The notes beneath the pieces were generated by a model that saw only the letters and a program-made list of their open reading frames with translations, searched no databases and was not told the DNA's origin. A stretch of 64,000 nucleotides of DNA from positions 3,990-67,989 of the forward strand of contig CACFMU010000002.1 in the NCBI GenBank assembly GCA_902567435.1. Reading direction: 5' to 3'. How positions within the stretch are numbered: the first letter of the stretch is position 1; each line of letters starts with the position of its first letter. The stretch comes from an uncultured Pelagibacteraceae bacterium. Its GTDB lineage: Bacteria; Pseudomonadota; Alphaproteobacteria; Pelagibacterales; Pelagibacteraceae. The position numbers and the translations under genes were made by a program. Positions 59,208 to 64,000 of the stretch are shown here, in pieces.

Positions 59208-60165
59208 CATGCAGCCGGACATAAAAGTTTCATTAAAGCAAACTTTTGGAATCGATTCTGAAATGGAAGTAGATGCATTTTCAAAAAAAAATGAATATGT
59301 CCCTGAAATTGATAAGACTTATAAATTTGATAGAGACACTACGCTAGCGATAATTTCTGGTTTTGCTTTTAACAAAAGAGTTTTGGTGCAAGGGTATCAT
59401 GGAACGGGAAAATCTACACATATAGAACAAATTGCAGCACGATTAAACTGGCCTTGTATCAGGGTAAATTTAGATAGCCATGTAAGTAGAATAGATTTGA
59501 TAGGAAAAGATGCCATCGTATTAAAAGACGGTAAACAAGTTACTCAATTTAATGAAGGTATTTTACCATGGTCTATTCAAAATCCAGTTGCATTAGTTTT
59601 TGATGAGTATGATGCAGGTAGACCAGACGTAATGTTTGTTATTCAAAGAGTTTTAGAGGCTGAGGGAAATTTTACACTACTTGATAAAAACAAAGTTATT
59701 AAACAAAATAAATTTTTTAGATTATTTGCCACATCAAATACTGTTGGTTTAGGTGACACCACAGGTCTTTATCATGGAACACAACAGATCAATCAAGGGC
59801 AAATGGATAGATGGAATATTGTTACCACACTTAATTATCTTAGTCTTGACAGAGAACTAGATATTGTTTTAGCCAAAAATAAAAATCTTAATAACGCAAA
59901 AGGTAAAGAAAAAGTTGCCAATATGATAAAGGTAGCATCTTTAACTAGAAAAGGTTTTATTGCAGGAGATATTTCAACTGTGATGAGCCCAAGAACAGTT
60001 ATGCATTGGGCAGAAAATTTTGAGATTTTTAAAGACACTGGTTACGCTTTTAGAGTAACTTTTTTAAATAAATGTGATGAAATTGAGAAAAATACTATCT
60101 CAGAGTATTATCAAAGATGTTTTGGGGAAGAATTGCCAGAGTCATTGATTAATATTCAGATTTAA
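59191..60165 (+). CDS. cobS: CobS-like MoxR AAA+ ATPase
   Basis: [28 protein letters not shown]. Confidence 0.92.
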   Translation: MTPNLDMQPDIKVSLKQTFGIDSEMEVDAFSKKNEYVPEIDKTYKFDRDTTLAIISGFAFNKRVLVQGYHGTGKSTHIEQIAARLNWPCIRVNLDSHVSRIDLIGKDAIVLKDGKQVTQFNEGILPWSIQNPVALVFDEYDAGRPDVMFVIQRVLEAEGNFTLLDKNKVIKQNKFFRLFATSNTVGLGDTTGLYHGTQQINQGQMDRWNIVTTLNYLSLDRELDIVLAKNKNLNNAKGKEKVANMIKVASLTRKGFIAGDISTVMSPRTVMHWAENFEIFKDTGYAFRVTFLNKCDEIEKNTISEYYQRCFGEELPESLINIQI

Positions 60166-61965
60166 ATGAGTGATAAAATTACCAGACTAAAAGAAAAATT
60201 TAGATTAGCATTAACCTCAACTGCTAAAGTAATTTCAAATGATTTTGATACAATAAATAAAACTTCTGAAGAAAAAAAAAATAAAGATTTAAATTCAGTT
60301 GAAATTAATGATTTAACAAATCCAAGCGATTTTATAAAATTAAGAGCTGAAACAGACTCTGCTGCTTTAAAAAAAAAATTTTCTAACGATCAAATTTACA
60401 GAAAGAATCTTCCATTAAATAATTCATCTAAATCACTATACAATATAGCTGAAAAAATAAGGTATGAAGCTTTAGGTGGAAAAATGCTCAAAGGAATTGA
60501 AAAAAATTTTCAAGAAAATTACTCACACATAATAAATAGCAAAAGAAAAGATCAGTTAAAAACAAAAGAAGATGTGCCTGTCACAGAAGCATTTGAGCTA
60601 TATATGCTTAAAAATTTTCACAAAATTAAGTTAAGTCCTTTAACAACAAAGATACTAAATTTTTGGGAACACGATTTTGACCAATCAGTAGGTAAACATA
60701 AAAAATTTTTGCAAGATAATCTTGAAGATCAAAATAATTATAGTTCAAGATTTTCTCAAATCTTGAATGAAATGGATATTTTTCAAAATGATGAAAATGA
60801 TGAAAAAAGAGAAGAAAATCAAGATCAAGGTCAAGATAATCCTTCAAACGATGATCAAGATAAAGATACCGAAGACAATAGGGATGAAAATAATGAAAAT
60901 GAAACACAAGCTTCTTTGGATGCAGACTATAATGTTGATGAATTTAATCTTGATGAACAACTTTCAGACGTTGAGACTGATGAACAAAGTTCAGAGCAAA
61001 TAGTTCAAAAGAATATTGAAAATTTAAACTTAGATTACAAAATATTTACAACACAATTCGATGAGGTAGTAAAAGCTGAAAATTTAGAAAATGCAGATGA
61101 AGCAGTTAAACTTCGTAGAACTTTAGACCAGCAATTAATTGGTTTTCAAGATGTAATTACAAAACTTGCAAATAAACTTCAAAGACAACTATTGGCTAAA
61201 CAAAATAGGGCATGGGAATTTGATTTAGAGGAAGGCTTACTTGATAGTTCAAAATTACCAAGAATTATAATGGATCCATATAATTCTCTTTCTTTTAAAA
61301 AAGAAAAAGATTTAGATTTCAAAGATACAATTGTGACTTTACTTATTGATAATTCTGGTTCAATGAGAGGAAGACCAATTACGATAGCTGCAATATGTGC
61401 AGACATACTTTCTAGAACCTTAGAAAGATGTTCGGTTAAAGTAGAAATTTTAGGTTTTACTACTAAAAACTGGAAAGGTGGACAAAGTAGAGAATATTGG
61501 AATAAAAATTCAAAACCTAAAACGCCTGGTAGGTTAAATGATTTAAGACATATAATTTATAAAGGTGCTGATACTCACTGGCGACAAGCTAAAAATAATC
61601 TAGGGCTGATGCTTAAAGAAGGGTTACTTAAAGAAAATATTGATGGAGAAGCCATTTCTTGGGCATATAACAGGTTAAAAAAAAGGAAGGAAGAAAGAAA
61701 AATATTAATGGTTATATCTGATGGGGCACCAGTTGATGACTCTACTCTTTCTGTAAACTCAGGTGACTTTTTGGAAAAGCATTTAAAAAAAATGGTAAAA
61801 TTTATCGAAAATAAAACAGAGATAGAAGTTTTGGCAATCGGAATCGGTCATGACGTTTCAAGATATTATAACAGGGCGATTAAAATCACTGATGTTAATG
61901 AATTAGGTGATGTAATGATATCTCAATTAAGTTCTCTATTTGACACTAAAAAAAAATTTCACTAA
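60166..61965 (+). CDS. cobT: CobT-like VWA protein
   Basis: Acidic linker, [31 protein letters not shown]. Confidence 0.92.
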   Translation: MSDKITRLKEKFRLALTSTAKVISNDFDTINKTSEEKKNKDLNSVEINDLTNPSDFIKLRAETDSAALKKKFSNDQIYRKNLPLNNSSKSLYNIAEKIRYEALGGKMLKGIEKNFQENYSHIINSKRKDQLKTKEDVPVTEAFELYMLKNFHKIKLSPLTTKILNFWEHDFDQSVGKHKKFLQDNLEDQNNYSSRFSQILNEMDIFQNDENDEKREENQDQGQDNPSNDDQDKDTEDNRDENNENETQASLDADYNVDEFNLDEQLSDVETDEQSSEQIVQKNIENLNLDYKIFTTQFDEVVKAENLENADEAVKLRRTLDQQLIGFQDVITKLANKLQRQLLAKQNRAWEFDLEEGLLDSSKLPRIIMDPYNSLSFKKEKDLDFKDTIVTLLIDNSGSMRGRPITIAAICADILSRTLERCSVKVEILGFTTKNWKGGQSREYWNKNSKPKTPGRLNDLRHIIYKGADTHWRQAKNNLGLMLKEGLLKENIDGEAISWAYNRLKKRKEERKILMVISDGAPVDDSTLSVNSGDFLEKHLKKMVKFIENKTEIEVLAIGIGHDVSRYYNRAIKITDVNELGDVMISQLSSLFDTKKKFH

Positions 61966-63242
61966 ATATCAAATAAATCTCTGTTACCCCACTTAATGAT
62001 TACTTCAGCTCCACTTCTAGTTTTCGAATTTCTACAAATAACTGAGGCGAAATTTTTCTCTAAGAGATTTTTTCCTATGAATAAACCAAGTCCCAAGCCT
62101 GTTTTGGATTTTTCTTGAGAGTTATTTGTGCTTAGATATGGTTCACCTATTTTTGGTAAAATATCTTTTGGATATCCGTTTCCATCATCTTCAATTGTAA
62201 TTTCTGTTGTTTCACTGTCACTTTTCAGATTTATATAAATTGAGCTTCTAGAAAACTTATTAGCATTTCCAATAAAATTTCTTAGGCCATAAACTATTTC
62301 AATTGATTTAGTTATCTTTCTAACATTTGAGTCTTGATCATAATTAAAAATAAATTGTCTTTTACTAATTTCTTTAAATGAAGAGATAATTTCTGATAAA
62401 TATTCTCTCATGGTAAGATCCTTATCGATAAAATCATCCTCTTCAACGGGATTAAGGGTTAAACGTTTTAAAATTGCATTACATCTCTCAACTTGACTAG
62501 ATAATAATTCAATATCTTTTTCGATATCTTTTTGTCCTTTAAATTGCTTTATCAAGTCTTGAGTGATTATCTTAATTGTAGAAAGAGGAGTTCCTAAGGA
62601 GTGAGCTGCAGCAGCAGCTTGACCTCCTAAGGATAATAGCTCATGCTCTGTTGCCATTACTTCTTCCATTTTTGCTAGCGCCTCTTTTCTTAAACGAGAT
62701 TGAGTTCCAAATGTCATCGCAAAGAAATTCAAGAAAAATAGGGCAATTATTAATGATACTGGGATAGCATAATAATAATATGGACTTACATGAAAATGGT
62801 CACTGATTGGACCTGGTAAATTTTCTGAGTAAAATGTGAGAAAAATAATTACTATAGTGGTTAAAAATACAAGTAAAGAATTAGTTACAAAGCTTAAGTT
62901 TGATGATGAAAAAACACTTGGAATTAATAAAAATATAACAAAAGGATTAGTAACTCCTCCCGTCAAATAAATCAAAATACCTAATTGGAAAATATCAATA
63001 ACTAAAAATATAAATGCTGATCTATCAGATAATTGTGTTTTTTTATAAATAAAGATTAAATATAAATTACTTAGGATTCCAAAAAATATTGTTATGTTTG
63101 AAACTTGTGCATTAAAATCAAAATTTAAAATAAAAAATACAAAGTTAACAGCAATAAACTGACCTGCTATTCCTATCCACCTTAAACTTATATATGTAGA
63201 TTTTTTAAAAGAATGATATTTTGAAGTTTCAAAAAACTTCAT
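61962..63242 (-). CDS. regB: RegB/PrrB/ActS redox sensor histidine kinase
   Basis: [31 protein letters not shown]. Confidence 0.92.
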   Translation of the reverse strand: MKFFETSKYHSFKKSTYISLRWIGIAGQFIAVNFVFFILNFDFNAQVSNITIFFGILSNLYLIFIYKKTQLSDRSAFIFLVIDIFQLGILIYLTGGVTNPFVIFLLIPSVFSSSNLSFVTNSLLVFLTTIVIIFLTFYSENLPGPISDHFHVSPYYYYAIPVSLIIALFFLNFFAMTFGTQSRLRKEALAKMEEVMATEHELLSLGGQAAAAAHSLGTPLSTIKIITQDLIKQFKGQKDIEKDIELLSSQVERCNAILKRLTLNPVEEDDFIDKDLTMREYLSEIISSFKEISKRQFIFNYDQDSNVRKITKSIEIVYGLRNFIGNANKFSRSSIYINLKSDSETTEITIEDDGNGYPKDILPKIGEPYLSTNNSQEKSKTGLGLGLFIGKNLLEKNFASVICRNSKTRSGAEVIIKWGNRDLFDI

Positions 63243-63244
63243 TG

Positions 63245-64000
63245 TTAGATATCAAGATTTTGTACATTTATTGCGTTAGAGATTATAAAATCTTTTCTTA
63301 AAGCTACGTCATTACCCATTAAGGTATGGATTAAACTTTGATCTTTTTTTAAATCTTTAGAATATTGAACTTGAAGTAAATTTCGAGTTTCAGGATCAAG
63401 AGTTGTGCTCCATAATTCCTCTGGATTCATTTCACCTAATCCTTTAAATCTTTGAATACTCATTTTTGATTTTTCTAGTTCTAATTCTTTAATATATTCC
63501 TTTGACCCCTTTTTAATCTTTTTCAGTTCTTTACTATTTTTCACTATATAATTTTCTAATTCCAATTCGTCTTTAATATATATTCCTTTAGTACCTTTGT
63601 TTATTTTAAATAGTGGTGGTTGTGCCAAATAAACATGTCCATTTTCTATTAATTTATTAAAAGGTTTATTATTAAAGAAAGTTAATAGTAAAGCTCTAAT
63701 ATGAGATCCATCAACATCGGCATCAGTCATAATAATAATTTTTCCATATCTTAGATCTTTTAAGTCTATCTCTTGGGTTTTTGGATCTAAACCAAGCGCA
63801 TTGATTAAAGTTACTATTTCATTTGAGGAGATCATTTTTGATAAAGCTTTTGTTCTTTGTTGTTCATATGCGTCTCCATTTCCATTCTTTTTTATACCTA
63901 GATCTTCAACATAAGTGTTCAAAATTTTACCTCTAAGAGGTAAAACTGCTTGATTAGCTCTATTTCTTCCTTGTTTTGCTGACCCACCCGCTGAATCTCC
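63245..64000 (-). CDS. gyrB: Type IIA topoisomerase B subunit (GyrB-like), 3' part
   Basis: GDSAGGSAKQ, PLRGKILN, MTDADVDGSHI, QRFKGLGEMN, ends NLDI; ParE not excluded. Confidence 0.85.
   Translation of the reverse strand, partial: GDSAGGSAKQGRNRANQAVLPLRGKILNTYVEDLGIKKNGNGDAYEQQRTKALSKMISSNEIVTLINALGLDPKTQEIDLKDLRYGKIIIMTDADVDGSHIRALLLTFFNNKPFNKLIENGHVYLAQPPLFKINKGTKGIYIKDELELENYIVKNSKELKKIKKGSKEYIKELELEKSKMSIQRFKGLGEMNPEELWSTTLDPETRNLLQVQYSKDLKKDQSLIHTLMGNDVALRKDFIISNAINVQNLDI

Noticed and set aside
1789-60038. Remaining short ORFs nested within or antisense to housekeeping genes (e.g. 3253, 3863, 7855, 9073, 17353, 21958, 37404, 50242, 54903)
   Set aside because: Fully overlap well-supported genes and show no independent coding signal
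60626-61406. Short alternative-frame ORFs and GAT/GAA/AAT quasi-repeats within cobT
   Set aside because: Produced by the acidic low-complexity linker typical of CobT

Overview
AT-rich chromosomal segment from a streamlined alphaproteobacterium, most likely Pelagibacterales/SAR11 (inferred from gene content, the glycine riboswitch on malate synthase G, tRNA-His without G-1 and very short intergenic spacers). Most of the window is housekeeping: accA(part), glcB, recR-ybaB-dnaX-ffs, pheA-kdsB, cycM, argFD, gcrA, rnd-kdsD-lptCB-aroA-cmk-rpsA-ihfB-pyrF-trpFBA-accD-folC; hisG-hisZ-hisS-tRNAHis, cspA, tRNAPhe, infA-hisD-murA-dcd, tRNAThr, rpmH-rnpA-yidD-yidC-argB-dapD-dapE-HDAC-SET, truA-fmt-def, aroKB, bolA, cobST, regB, gyrB(part). 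A ~12.5-kb accessory island with no integrase lies between folC and hisG (~23.9-36.4 kb). It is built around a phage-like divergent switch. To the right are a CI/LexA-like repressor with a dead S24 protease site and an Exonuclease I homolog. To the left, a ~175-nt leader folds into two structurally conserved hairpins whose loops display anti-Shine-Dalgarno-like UCCUUUCU sequence; it is followed by unknown ORFs, RmuC and an atypical GC-rich thioredoxin. The island also encodes a phage-type PD-(D/E)XK exonuclease, a LigA-N-terminus-like/MORN fusion preceded by a structured intergenic element, and an R-M system with two m5C methyltransferases. This island, especially the tandem anti-SD hairpin RNA under a non-cleavable repressor, is the best candidate for an undescribed system. 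All homology calls are by eye from motifs; no searches were run.
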